From: an uncultured archaeon
GTDB lineage: Archaea; Thermoproteota; Nitrososphaeria; Nitrososphaerales; Gagatemarchaeaceae
Reading direction: 5' to 3'
Assembly (NCBI GenBank): GCA_963817525.1
Contig: CAWFOU010000007.1
Coordinates: 960,001-1,024,000, forward strand
Length of the DNA stretch: 64,000 nucleotides
Positions 20,739-30,110 of this stretch are shown piece after piece. The position numbers and the translations under genes were made by a program. Under the pieces are notes generated by a model. The model did no database searches and was not told where the DNA came from. It worked only from the letters and a program-made list of their open reading frames with translations. How positions within the stretch are numbered: the first letter of the stretch is position 1; the number at the start of each line of letters is the position of its first letter.

Positions 20739-21013
20739 GGCGCCCTGGGGTTCTTGGAGCGGAATGAGTCCGCCCTGTTTTTTGTCAGCTAGAAGAGGTG
20801 ACAGAGGTCAACCGATGGACTGGCTATCGGCGGACACTCCAAGAATCTGGCCCCCTGAACGCGTCGCTCTGAATACTTGCGAGAAGGACTTCTGCCAACC
20901 TTTTGCGGATTGAACCTCGACCTTTCATAGAGCGAAGAGAATCCATCCGGGTCGGTAGGGGACTAATGGGCGAACACCTAAGTATCCAGCCAGGGAGCGG
21001 CCCCTGAAGAATA

Positions 21014-21325
21014 ATGCCTCAATACGCCCAAATCAAGCTGACCAGTCCCGACCTCGACCAGCTAGAGAGACTTGCGTGGGAGATCAAAGAGATCGCGGAG
21101 AAGACTGGGGTCAAGAGCATAGGTCCGCAACCTCTTCCAACGAAGAGGCTGAAGATCACCACGAGGAAAGCCCCCACGGGCGAGGGCACCCACACGTTCG
21201 ACCATTGGCAGCTCAGGATTCACAGAAGGCTCATTTACATCGAGCCGAACGAAAGGGCGATGAGGCAGATTACGAAGCTGACGATTCCTGAGGACGTCAA
21301 GATAGAGCTCACTCTGACGAGCTAG
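21014..21325 (+). CDS. rpsJ: 30S ribosomal protein S10
   Basis: IKEIAEKTGV..GPQPLPTKRL..RKAPTGEG..RIHRRLI. Confidence 0.95.
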   Translation: MPQYAQIKLTSPDLDQLERLAWEIKEIAEKTGVKSIGPQPLPTKRLKITTRKAPTGEGTHTFDHWQLRIHRRLIYIEPNERAMRQITKLTIPEDVKIELTLTS

Positions 21326-21340
21326 AGTCCCTTACGCGTC

Positions 21341-21709
21341 TCAGCGGATGAATTCTACGCTCGGCAACCCTTCGAACGCCTTGTCCCCCGTCAGGAATTT
21401 CAGTCCCTCTTTCTTGGCGATGTGATATCCCATCGCGTCAGCATATGAGAGCTCAAGTTTTCGCAGCTCATAACGCAACTTCATGGCTGTCTCGACGTCC
21501 AAGAGTGAGAATTCGGTCTCGCGAGCGGAGTAGACTTCCAAGACCTCGTGCGCTGCCCTCGCCCCGTGCACTCTCAAGATGGCGTAGTAAATCTCCATCA
21601 GGTTGAGCCTCGTAAGGACGCCCGTGTTTTTCTCGAAGTAAGGAGCGTATCCGGGGCTGTCGCTGAGGTAGGCTAGGACGGAGTAGCTGTCGTAAAAGAA
21701 CTTAGCCAC
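21341..21709 (-). CDS. PIN-domain toxin (VapC-like)
   Basis: FYDSY, NLMEI, LSYADA and LTGDKAF acidic tetrad. Confidence 0.9.
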   Translation of the reverse strand: MAKFFYDSYSVLAYLSDSPGYAPYFEKNTGVLTRLNLMEIYYAILRVHGARAAHEVLEVYSARETEFSLLDVETAMKLRYELRKLELSYADAMGYHIAKKEGLKFLTGDKAFEGLPSVEFIR

Positions 21710-21917
21710 GCCAGCCTTTCCTCATTTCTTCCTTGGCGGCCTGGAGATCCTCGATGGGATATTTCCCCCTCAGTTCGGTGATGTCGCTCACCTTGGTGAC
21801 CCGAATTTCGACCTCCTCCCCCACACGTAGCCCGTTCCTCTCGGCGGCTTCCTTGGGTATGACGACTCCAAGCGAGTTTCCCCACTTCTTTAGCCGAGCC
21901 TTGGTCTGCACGACCAT
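21702..21917 (-). CDS. AbrB/MazE-family antitoxin
   Basis: KKWGNSLGVVIPK; overlaps the PIN gene. Confidence 0.92.
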   Translation of the reverse strand: MVVQTKARLKKWGNSLGVVIPKEAAERNGLRVGEEVEIRVTKVSDITELRGKYPIEDLQAAKEEMRKGWRG

Positions 21918-22023
21918 GATTATACACGTCTAATTCTAATAGTTAAATGTTTTCCCAAGCGCGCAAAACGCGGCTCAGAACACTCGCAGGCTCAAAGCCT
22001 ATGACAAGAAGAGCGTGATTCAC

Positions 22024-22062
22024 GCCTATTTGGGCGCAAATAGCTCAAATCGGGCTCTACAG
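22024..22062. repeat. 39-bp imperfect direct repeat (copy at 24100-24138)
   Basis: gcctatttgggcgcaaatagctcaaatcgggctctacag vs gcctattcaggcgtaaatagctcaaatcaagctctaaag. Confidence 0.8.
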
Positions 22063-22199
22063 CGATTCTCAAAACACGTTCGGCGCCTGAGCGCCAAGGC
22101 AGGATTTAGACGGGAAGCACGGGAATCAGCCTGTATCCCTCTGAACCACCCAAGGGTCGATGGCACGCTTATATCACGCGGAATCCGGATTAATGGAGC

Positions 22200-22901
22200 G
22201 TGAACTGTCCCAAGTGTGGCACCGCCAACAGCGATGATGCGGTCTTTTGCAGTTCGTGCGGCGCGAGTCTGAAGGCTTCCAGCCCACCAACGACATCTCC
22301 GTCGCCAGGGGCCGCCCAGCCGGGAGGCAAGATGGATGAGATGAAGGCCGTGTTCAACAACGCGATAGCGCTGGTCAAGGACCCAGTGGCCTACATGACG
22401 CAAAACAAGGGCCAGTCTGTTCCCGTGAACTCCCTGATGATAAACTACGTTGCAATCCTCGCGCTCGTGCCGCTCGTCGGAAGGATCATCGGCGATCTCT
22501 TGTTCTACGGCGGCGCCGGTGTCGGATATTCGATTGCCGGGGCGATTGTCTCCTACATTCTTGACATAATCTCCGTCTTCGTGATCGGGATTGTAATCTG
22601 GAAGCTAGGGCCATCTTTCAATACGGTAACGGATCAGGCCAAGGCAACCGTTCTGGCGGCTTATGTGTACACACCGGTCTTCCTCATCGGAATATTGAAC
22701 ATCGTGCCGGCCCTCGGCTATCTCGCGATTTTGGGGTTGCTCTATGGCCTGTACATCCTCTACCGCGGGCTTCCGATATTGCTGAACACTCCGGCCGACA
22801 AGACGGTGATCTACGTGGTCGCGGTGCTCGTCGTCTCGATTATCATCCTCGCCGTTATATCGCTGATAATCGGTGGACTCGACGCGGCCGCCCTCAGATG
22901 A
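22200..22901 (+). CDS. Zinc-ribbon + Yip1-like membrane protein
   Basis: CPKCG..FCSSCG; five TMs with AAYVYTP and YGLYILYRGLP. Confidence 0.88.
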   Translation: MNCPKCGTANSDDAVFCSSCGASLKASSPPTTSPSPGAAQPGGKMDEMKAVFNNAIALVKDPVAYMTQNKGQSVPVNSLMINYVAILALVPLVGRIIGDLLFYGGAGVGYSIAGAIVSYILDIISVFVIGIVIWKLGPSFNTVTDQAKATVLAAYVYTPVFLIGILNIVPALGYLAILGLLYGLYILYRGLPILLNTPADKTVIYVVAVLVVSIIILAVISLIIGGLDAAALR

Positions 22902-23051
22902 GGAGCCGGTCCCAACTTCTAGTTCCTCAAACTAAGGTCGCCAGCAACCGCAGAAAGCTCGAAAAAACAGCAATAATTGTCATACGTGGGTTGTGGAATG
23001 AGTGCCAAGGGCAGATTTGGGCTTGCATGTTCAGCTTCGAATTGCGCCGTT

Positions 23052-23426
23052 CTATACGGTCAGAACAAGGTAGACTGAGAGCAACAGGGCGATTGCGAAC
23101 ATGCTGAGAGCAAGGGTTGTCTCTATGCTCTTGCTCGGTTCGTAGCGTCCTGTCTTGATTCTTTGCTGGTTCATGGTAAACCTGCTTAGTGCCAGCAGCT
23201 GCATGAGCCCTCCTGCTATGACCAGGGCGATTCCGATTATCGACGAGAGGTCATAGGAGGTGGTCGGAGCCGAGGGAACCAGAGACTTCACGATCAGATC
23301 GAACTTGGCCACCACGAAACCCAAGCCCATCACCGCGATGCTTGTACGTACCCACGCGAGAAAAGTTCGTTCGTTTGCGAGATGATCTCTTGCCGTAGAC
23401 GCTCTTTCGCCCGAGTCCGAAGCCAA
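23052..23426 (-). CDS. DUF202/YidH-family membrane protein
   Basis: RDHLANERTFLAWVRT. Confidence 0.92.
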   Translation of the reverse strand: MASDSGERASTARDHLANERTFLAWVRTSIAVMGLGFVVAKFDLIVKSLVPSAPTTSYDLSSIIGIALVIAGGLMQLLALSRFTMNQQRIKTGRYEPSKSIETTLALSMFAIALLLSVYLVLTV

Positions 23427-23825
23427 CTACGCGCCGACCGCCGACAGGACGATCGGTTCTAGCCCGGCGATGTTCTTGACCAGGTCCTCCGGGATGTCGT
23501 GACGTTCCCTGAGATATTCGGGGGAGTTGTACGATACTAGCACCTTTCCGCTTGAATCCTCGGAGACTAAGACCTTGAGGGGGAAATCGATTGCAACGGT
23601 TGGTGCAGCTATCATCAACGGAGTACCTGCCTTGGGGTTCCCAAAGATTACCAATAGAGTAGGATTCATCTCCAGCCCTGCCTTGGCGGCATCTCCACTG
23701 AAGTCTATTCTAGAGAAGATTGTCAAGCCGCGTGAGGTGATGGCCGACTCTAGCCCAGCAACGGTCTCCGCGAAGGGATACTTGCTGACCACCTGTACAA
23801 CTCCATTCACGGCGGTCGAGGCCAA
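23427..23825 (-). CDS. DUF302-family protein
   Basis: FGNPKAGTPLM..AIDFPLKVLV. Confidence 0.9.
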   Translation of the reverse strand: MASTAVNGVVQVVSKYPFAETVAGLESAITSRGLTIFSRIDFSGDAAKAGLEMNPTLLVIFGNPKAGTPLMIAAPTVAIDFPLKVLVSEDSSGKVLVSYNSPEYLRERHDIPEDLVKNIAGLEPIVLSAVGA

Positions 23826-24139
23826 ACCAGCAATAGAACCCTATTTTCGTCCTATTAAATGACGAGGCTTTGATGAGTATACTGCAGGGGCAGGTGGGAT
23901 TCGAACACTCCATTGCCCAAGACCGTACAGACCAATGAAGATTGTTTGTGCTTGTATTCGGGCCGAATTAGCAACGGTATGACTCAATCTAGCGACGAAT
24001 GCGCGAGGGGTTCTAAGGACTCGAACCCTAACGAAGACGGCCCGACGAGACTCGAAACCCTCCCAACTGAAGACAGTTACCACAATAAGTCTGAGTCAAG
24101 CCTATTCAGGCGTAAATAGCTCAAATCAAGCTCTAAAGT

Positions 24140-24165
24140 TGTGGACCGGGGGGGACTCGGACCCC
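24140..24165. repeat. att core, copy of tRNA-Ala 3' end
   Basis: 26 bp identical to 41107-41132. Confidence 0.93.
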
Positions 24166-24288
24166 GGGGAGTCTGGACCCCAATCTTTTCCTGCGTATTG
24201 GGTTCCATTGTATCCTAATCTGATATGAGCCGGGCTTAAAAATACCACGGATCCCCAGTTTCTTTCGGCCATTACGGCTTACCAAGTA

Positions 24289-24333
24289 CGAGCCCGACGG
24301 GACCCGCCCCTGAACAGGTTCTCAAAGTGGATT
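24289..24333. repeat. 45-bp direct repeat (copy at 26209-26253; partial copy at 27561-27581)
   Basis: 41/45 identity; the reverse complement contains a tRNA-like 3' end CCCGTCGGGCCCG. Confidence 0.85.
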
Positions 24334-24494
24334 GCCGCGGAGCAACCAACCAGGTTCGAATCGTCCAGGGGAGATTTTGAAATGACTAGTTCACATATCG
24401 AAATAACTAGTTCAACAATTCCTTGACAGCGGCCTCCGCGCCAGAATATCATACTAAACAGTTAATTATTAGGCAAAGCAACCCTAACCTCGCA

Positions 24495-25253
24495 ATGACA
24501 ACTCACATGGAACGGTACCAAGGTAAAAAAGTCGTGATCACTGGCGGCACCAGCGGCAGCGGGCTCGCCACGGCGAAGATGCTCCTCGATGGGGGTGCGC
24601 GTGTTCTGGTGACGGGGCGGTCGCACGCCGGCCTGGAATCGGCGCAGAAAGAGATTGGAAAGGACGCCATCGTGGTTCCCAGCGACGCGCGCTCGTTGAA
24701 GGACATCGACGCCCTCGCCTCTCGGGTGAAGGCCGAGTTCGGCACCTTCGACCTGCTCTTCGCCAACGCCGGATTTGCCCTCTTTGCCCCTCTCGAAAAC
24801 ACGACCGAGGCCATGTACGACGAGATGTTCGATCTGAACGCCAAAGGACCGTTTTTCGCGGTGCAGAAGCTCGCGCCGCTGATAAACCGGGGGGGCGCCG
24901 TCGTCCTCACGACCTCCATCGCAAACGTCAAGGGAAGTCCCAACCAAGCGACCTACGCAGCGTCCAAGGCCGCGCTGCGCTCATTTGCTCGCGTGCTCGC
25001 CGCTGAGCTTCTGCCTCGGGAGATTCGCGTCAATGCGGTAACGCCCGGTCCCATCGACACGCCGATCATCGGCAAAGTGTTTCCCGAGAAAGGCGTGGCC
25101 GCCCATGTCAGGGAGCAGGCGATCGCTACTAATCCGATGAAGCGCTTTGGGATGCCGGAGGAAATTGCGAAGGCCGTTCTCTTCCTCGCATTCGACGCGA
25201 CCTTCACCACCGGTTCCGAACTTCCGGTCGATGGCGGTGCGTCGCAACTCTGA
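24495..25253 (+). CDS. SDR-family oxidoreductase
   Basis: VITGGTSGSG, FANAG, YAASK, VNAVTPGPIDTP, VDGG. Confidence 0.95.
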   Translation: MTTHMERYQGKKVVITGGTSGSGLATAKMLLDGGARVLVTGRSHAGLESAQKEIGKDAIVVPSDARSLKDIDALASRVKAEFGTFDLLFANAGFALFAPLENTTEAMYDEMFDLNAKGPFFAVQKLAPLINRGGAVVLTTSIANVKGSPNQATYAASKAALRSFARVLAAELLPREIRVNAVTPGPIDTPIIGKVFPEKGVAAHVREQAIATNPMKRFGMPEEIAKAVLFLAFDATFTTGSELPVDGGASQL

Positions 25254-25525
25254 AAGCAGTACGCGAAATGCATCGACACTTGATCTGATGAGCCAAGTGC
25301 GTTGACGGCACCGGTGAGTCACCCTCAACGAACTCGGCAATCTTGTAGGCCTTCCGGCGTTTTGCGCCGACCGGTGACGAGTGCGATCGAATGTTCCATG
25401 GGCGCCTCCGTGGTAAACGGTGAAGGTCGAGTCCTGAGGCCCCGCGAGGCAGTGTCGGCTTGCTAATTACGAACTATTCGGTTTTTATATCGGTGCGACG
25501 GCCTTGTCCAGGAGATTTAAACTAA

Positions 25526-26158
25526 ATGTTGCAAAATGACGCCAGGCCGCGTGGACGGCCGCGCAGCTTCGACGAGAGGTTCGCGCTGGAAAAGGCGATC
25601 CAGGTGTTCTGGTCGAAGGGCTACGACGGAGTGACGATCGACGACCTCGTCGCAGGGATGGGCGTGGGACGGCCGAGCCTGTATTCCGTCTTCGGAGACA
25701 AGCGGACGTTGTTCTTGCGCGCCCTTAGGGCGTACGCAGAGACGAAAGGGGCTCTCGCTGCGAAGGCACTCCTCTCGCCGCGCACTCTTCGCGACTCGCT
25801 CGCCGCCTTCCTGAGGAACGCCGTAGAAACTGCGACCCAGGAGGGATCCGCTCGGGGATGTCTTCTCGAGTGCGTCGCGCCGCTTGTGAACGATGCTGAG
25901 GTCCGGCAGTTCCTACAGAACGCGGCCGCTCACGCCGTAGGACTAGTGGAAGGTCGTTTCCGGGATGCGATCAGCGCGGGCGAAATCCCGTCCGACTTTC
26001 CTGTGGCCATCCGCGCAAGCCAGGTCGTTGATTTTGCTCGTGGCCTTACCATGGGTGCGCTGATAGGCACGCCGCGCAAGACGCTTCTCAGGGATGCCGA
26101 GGAAGCGGCCGACTTGGTGCTCCTGCCGCGGCGTGTAAATGCGGCGCCAGAACGTTGA
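25526..26158 (+). CDS. TetR/AcrR-family regulator
   Basis: RGRPRSFD..FWSKGYDGVTIDDL..SLYSVFGDK; GCLL. Confidence 0.95.
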   Translation: MLQNDARPRGRPRSFDERFALEKAIQVFWSKGYDGVTIDDLVAGMGVGRPSLYSVFGDKRTLFLRALRAYAETKGALAAKALLSPRTLRDSLAAFLRNAVETATQEGSARGCLLECVAPLVNDAEVRQFLQNAAAHAVGLVEGRFRDAISAGEIPSDFPVAIRASQVVDFARGLTMGALIGTPRKTLLRDAEEAADLVLLPRRVNAAPER

Positions 26159-26294
26159 TGACGGCTGGGTAGCCATCGCTCGCAAGGCGGCCGGCCCCGG
26201 AATGGTAGCGGGCCCGACGGGGCCCGCCCGTGAACAGGTTCTCGAAGTGGATTCCGGGAAAGTTAGCTCGCGGATCTGCGCGGCGCCAGTTCGG

Positions 26295-26951
26295 TCAGGC
26301 CGGTGATTCCTTCAGGACTTGCGCCAGTATGCGTCGCTCCGCCTTTATGCGATGCACCACCAGCGTGGAGCTTCGCATCCCGAGTCTCCTCCCGAGCTCG
26401 TTAGAGCTTATCCTCTTTGGAAGGTCATAGTATCCAAGGTTGAAGGCAGCGATTAGGACCTTTCTTTGCTTCTCCGTAAGATTGGCTAGAGGCGAAGTCA
26501 GGGAGAATCTCGCATCTCCAAGAGAGATCACCTTGTATCGCATGCCTGTCTCGTCGACGATCTTCCGAAAGCGCTTAACCTCATTCACATTCCCTAGGAA
26601 TGTCGCTCTAATCCGTCCATCTCTAATCTCAAACGGGAGGGTAAGGTATCCGCCCGTCACGAACATCTTGGGCGTCGGACCTTCTGAGCCGTACTTTCTT
26701 CGCAGGAAGTAGATGTGCGCTCCGCCTTTCTCTTCCTCCAAGTGTTGGGCGACGGTGGAGTCGTCTAAGAGTACATCCTCAAGCTTGGTTGCGCCTCCTT
26801 TGAATTTCACCCGGCATATCATCGCGACCTCGTCCGGTTCCTCCCTTAGGAAGCTGACGACCTCAAATAGCTCGATTTTCCTTAGCGACGACTCTGCACC
26901 CATGAGTCTACCCAGTTCTTCCGTGGTTGACTCCAGCACGAGCCTGCGCAT
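26295..26951 (-). CDS. Bacterio-opsin-activator-like (HTH-10) regulator
   Basis: LTEKQRKVLIAAFNLGYYDLPKRIS..KAERRI. Confidence 0.9.
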   Translation of the reverse strand: MRRLVLESTTEELGRLMGAESSLRKIELFEVVSFLREEPDEVAMICRVKFKGGATKLEDVLLDDSTVAQHLEEEKGGAHIYFLRRKYGSEGPTPKMFVTGGYLTLPFEIRDGRIRATFLGNVNEVKRFRKIVDETGMRYKVISLGDARFSLTSPLANLTEKQRKVLIAAFNLGYYDLPKRISSNELGRRLGMRSSTLVVHRIKAERRILAQVLKESPA

Positions 26952-27046
26952 GCAAAGACAACGACAGTGCGGGAAATATCAATCTTTCTAGCACGCTAGC
27001 ATATTAGCTACAACACTCTTATGAGATTCTCTAATATTTCGAAACA

Positions 27047-27439
27047 ATGACTGCGGAAACCAAACTCGTGATTCGCCCCCAGGGAATCCTGATCGCCTGT
27101 GTGCTGATGATTGTGTTTGGCATCGCGGAGGTTGCCACAGGCTTCACCGGTCATTTTCTCGGCGGCATTTCGGTTGCCACGTCGACGGAATACACAATCG
27201 CAGCGGCCGCGACCGGTTCCTGCTACAGCCTGGCTGGTCTTTTCATTCTAACGATGAGGAAGCGGGGCGCGGCGCTCGGCATCGCCTTTCTCTGTGCTGA
27301 ACTCCTCGGACGGGTCTACCTTGTCTCGACCGGTCTCTACCCGTTCAGCGGAACTGATGAGAGTGCGGTTATCGCGGGAAGCATAATCGCTGTACTCTTC
27401 GCACTCTACATTGGACTGAGGTGGAATAGATTCAGGTGA
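27047..27439 (+). CDS. Small 4-TM membrane protein
   Basis: Hydrophobic ORF divergent from the HTH-10 regulator. Confidence 0.75.
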   Translation: MTAETKLVIRPQGILIACVLMIVFGIAEVATGFTGHFLGGISVATSTEYTIAAAATGSCYSLAGLFILTMRKRGAALGIAFLCAELLGRVYLVSTGLYPFSGTDESAVIAGSIIAVLFALYIGLRWNRFR

Positions 27440-27695
27440 CTCAAATCGCAAAACTCGAGACGGTCCGACGTCCTGGAATGGCCTCTGCGTCTCAGGTCTG
27501 CTCCGCAATAGCATAATTCGGCCTCTTTCTGACAAAACAAGCTCAGAACAGGCCTTTTATTAGCGGGCCCGACGGGGCTCGTCACCTATAGGTGGCGGAC
27601 CCGAGGAGGACCTGGAGGCTTTTATGCGGTCTAGGATATCCAGGAGTCCTCGCCGAGTGGAGTAGCATGTGGGGGGAGATGAAGGAGGGGAAGCT

Positions 27696-28406
27696 TCACG
27701 TGCGGGAGCTCAAGCACTTCCACGACAGACTAGTAGCCTCCGCGCGCTGAGCCTCAAGGTATTCCCTGATGTATTCGCACGCCTGCTCGGGGATGAAGGT
27801 GAAGTAGCTCCTCTTGCTCTTGCTGATCGGCCTGCGGATGACGAGCTTGGCGGGCACCTTCGTGAACGCAGCGCTCTTTTGCGCAATATGGAACTCCAGC
27901 TCCGGAAAGTCGCCAAGCTTCAGGCCGTCGGCACCGTAGATGGTGCCCATCACTTCGGGGCGTATCCCCGAGAACGCGATTAGGGAGCATGCCGCCTTCG
28001 CTCGCAGGTCGGCGTGGTTGAGGATCCTGTTCAGCTCGTCCGGAGAAGGCGTCTTCTCGTTCTCGTACTTGTTCGGGGTGTATGGGATGCGGATCTTCTT
28101 GGTGACGACGATGTCGTTGAACGAGAACCACGACTTCAGCGCCTTGATGTACGACTCGATGAGGGTGCCCGCGTTCCCCCTGGCTTCGAGCATCGACACC
28201 ATGTCGATGAGGAACGAGGTAACCTCCTTGGGGTTCTTCCTGGCCAGGTCGGAGGGGGTGGTGGCGTACTCCCTGCAGATGTTCCCTATTCGCCTGAAGC
28301 AGACGGAGGCATACGTCTGAGAACCTCTCTTGGCGTTCTCGTACCAGCGGAGAAAGGTCTCGTCCTCCTCCAGAAGGTGGACGTAGGGCGATCTCTTAGG
28401 TAGCAC
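27696..28406 (-). pseudogene. C-terminally truncated tyrosine integrase
   Basis: Homologous to 39620-41041 (SPY.H.L.EDE.F.RW, NKYENE, SGIRPEV, DGLKL.DFP); ends before the RxxF/GH/Y catalytic motifs. Confidence 0.88.
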
Positions 28407-28638
28407 AGCATGCTGGTGCGGTGCGGCATATAACGTCTGGGTCCAGACCCGGGGAAGTGTGGACCGGGGGGGACTCGGCCGATTATTCGTCTGAGTCTTC
28501 GGCATCCGATGCCCAAAGACCCATCGCTCGCAATTATATCTAGAGCCTGAGATAAAAAGGTCACGGTCGCGGATTCTGCTTGATTAAGATACATGGATTC
28601 CTAAATATTGATAAGATGCGACCAGAACATTCGTCTCG

Positions 28639-29187
28639 TTGTCTCAACGAAGGGAACGAATTAGGGCGGGCCTTAACGTTCCTCACGTTGAGCAAGGCGA
28701 AGAGGAATATTACTGCGTCCCTGCGTGTATCAGCATGGTAGTTCGGTTCCACGTTGAGACTATGGGGGCGGAAATACCGAACCCTCCTGTTTCCGAGCTA
28801 GCGAGCGCTATGGGAACGGACGCATCAGGCACTTCTCTTAACGACGTTGTGAGGGCCAACCGGACACTTCGGGGCCGTTCTCACTTCTTGGAACTTAAGC
28901 CAAGAAGGAACTGCGAGTTTCGGGACATCAAAAAGCAAGTTCAGGAAGAAGGAAGGCCCGTTATAGCATGGATTAAGCCGCACAGGGAAGACCGAATCGG
29001 GCACTCAGTAGTCGTCAAGGAAGTTGACCCTTCGGGGTTAAAACTGACTATTGATGACCCTGCTAGAGGCGAATGGGTGTTAGAAGTGACCGAGTTCCTT
29101 CGGGTTTGGGGAAACTCCCACTACGTTTTAATCGAGGCGACGGTGGACAACAAGCCTCCGCAATCGGATTTACGTGAATTTGAATGA
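28639..29187 (+). CDS. C39-like cysteine peptidase
   Basis: VPHVEQ..YCVPACISMV, GRPVI, GHSVVV, IDDP (Q-C-H-D). Confidence 0.85.
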   Translation: MSQRRERIRAGLNVPHVEQGEEEYYCVPACISMVVRFHVETMGAEIPNPPVSELASAMGTDASGTSLNDVVRANRTLRGRSHFLELKPRRNCEFRDIKKQVQEEGRPVIAWIKPHREDRIGHSVVVKEVDPSGLKLTIDDPARGEWVLEVTEFLRVWGNSHYVLIEATVDNKPPQSDLREFE

Positions 29188-30110
29188 TGAAAGACGCGAC
29201 AGAAGCCATCGAGCGCTACGTGGACAACACGTATGGCGACCTGATTACCACAGGGAAGCCCTTACATTACAAGAGCCGAGGCTGGGTCGCCGAACTCAAG
29301 TCGGATTATCCACGCACGATTAGGGACGATAAAGACCCGCACTCGACCTTCGTTAAGTTCATCACGCTGAGAGAGCTGGGGGAAGTCACGTTGTCGGATA
29401 ACAACGAGATAGAGGGAACTCCCAGAAAGGAACTCGTTGAAAGGCTCACATCTTCCCTAACTCAGTGGAGGCAACTAGTCGAGGAAATCATACTCAGCAC
29501 TTCGTCGAATAGGCTTGCTAAAATTGGGCGACTCAAGGACACCCTGAATCCTATAGTTCTTGTCGTTGACCACTTCTCACGTGAAGGGGTTGACTTGCTC
29601 TCCTACGAAGAGATTAGGAAAGACCCTCGCTCAAAGAAGATGCTCCGTTGGCTCGAATTCTTAGAGCAAATCAAGCTAGTAGCGAAGAAAGACGACGGAT
29701 TCACCTATGGGAACAAGTTCAGCGAGCTGGAGAAGCAACTCGGCCCGGGAGAGAACTTGACCGACACGGTAATCTCCTATATCATGCAGAACTACTACGC
29801 CACGATGCGCCAAGCCCTAGAGATATGGCGCTTCGACCCGTATCTTCACATGGAGACCTGCTATTTCGGCCCGTCACTCCAAGCCGGGAGGCTTCTATAC
29901 AGAAAGGAAGCGTCCTTGCTCGCACTCTATCACAAGTGGTATCAGAAGCAATCTCCGAACTACAGGATAAGGCCCATACTTGACCAACTTCAAGAAGTGG
30001 GTTTGCTAGAGAAAGAAGGCGAGTATTGGGTTGGCTCGAAAGACATGTGGAAGACTCTCGCCCCGCTGAAAGAGAAAGTTCCGCAAGAGATAGCTCCGCT
30101 GAAAGCGTGA
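29184..30110 (+). CDS. Hypothetical protein, possible winged-helix repeats
   Basis: ATGA overlap with the peptidase; LEFLEQIKLV and LDQLQEVGLLEKEGEYW wHTH-like segments. Confidence 0.75.
   Translation: MMKDATEAIERYVDNTYGDLITTGKPLHYKSRGWVAELKSDYPRTIRDDKDPHSTFVKFITLRELGEVTLSDNNEIEGTPRKELVERLTSSLTQWRQLVEEIILSTSSNRLAKIGRLKDTLNPIVLVVDHFSREGVDLLSYEEIRKDPRSKKMLRWLEFLEQIKLVAKKDDGFTYGNKFSELEKQLGPGENLTDTVISYIMQNYYATMRQALEIWRFDPYLHMETCYFGPSLQAGRLLYRKEASLLALYHKWYQKQSPNYRIRPILDQLQEVGLLEKEGEYWVGSKDMWKTLAPLKEKVPQEIAPLKA

Larger units (their letters stand above)
24140..28478. mobile_element. Degenerate integrative element 2 (4.3 kb) bounded by tRNA-Ala att cores
   Basis: Direct repeats tgtggaccgggggggactcgg at 24140 and 28458; truncated integrase at the right end. 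Confidence 0.85.

Noticed and set aside
21964-21982. gctcagaaca motif also near 27541 and 52600
   Set aside because: Only 9-10 bp, with inconsistent orientation relative to the att scars; may be chance
27625-27690. Minus-strand FISPHMLLHSART resembling a recombinase HxLRHS motif
   Set aside because: Too short, lacks the catalytic Arg and does not match this integrase family's YVLRRYF; unsupported
28407-28505. N-terminal extension of the truncated integrase across the att site (SSV-type split integrase)
   Set aside because: Homology to the intact paralog starts near 28406 and a TATA-like box lies just upstream, so the att is outside the gene
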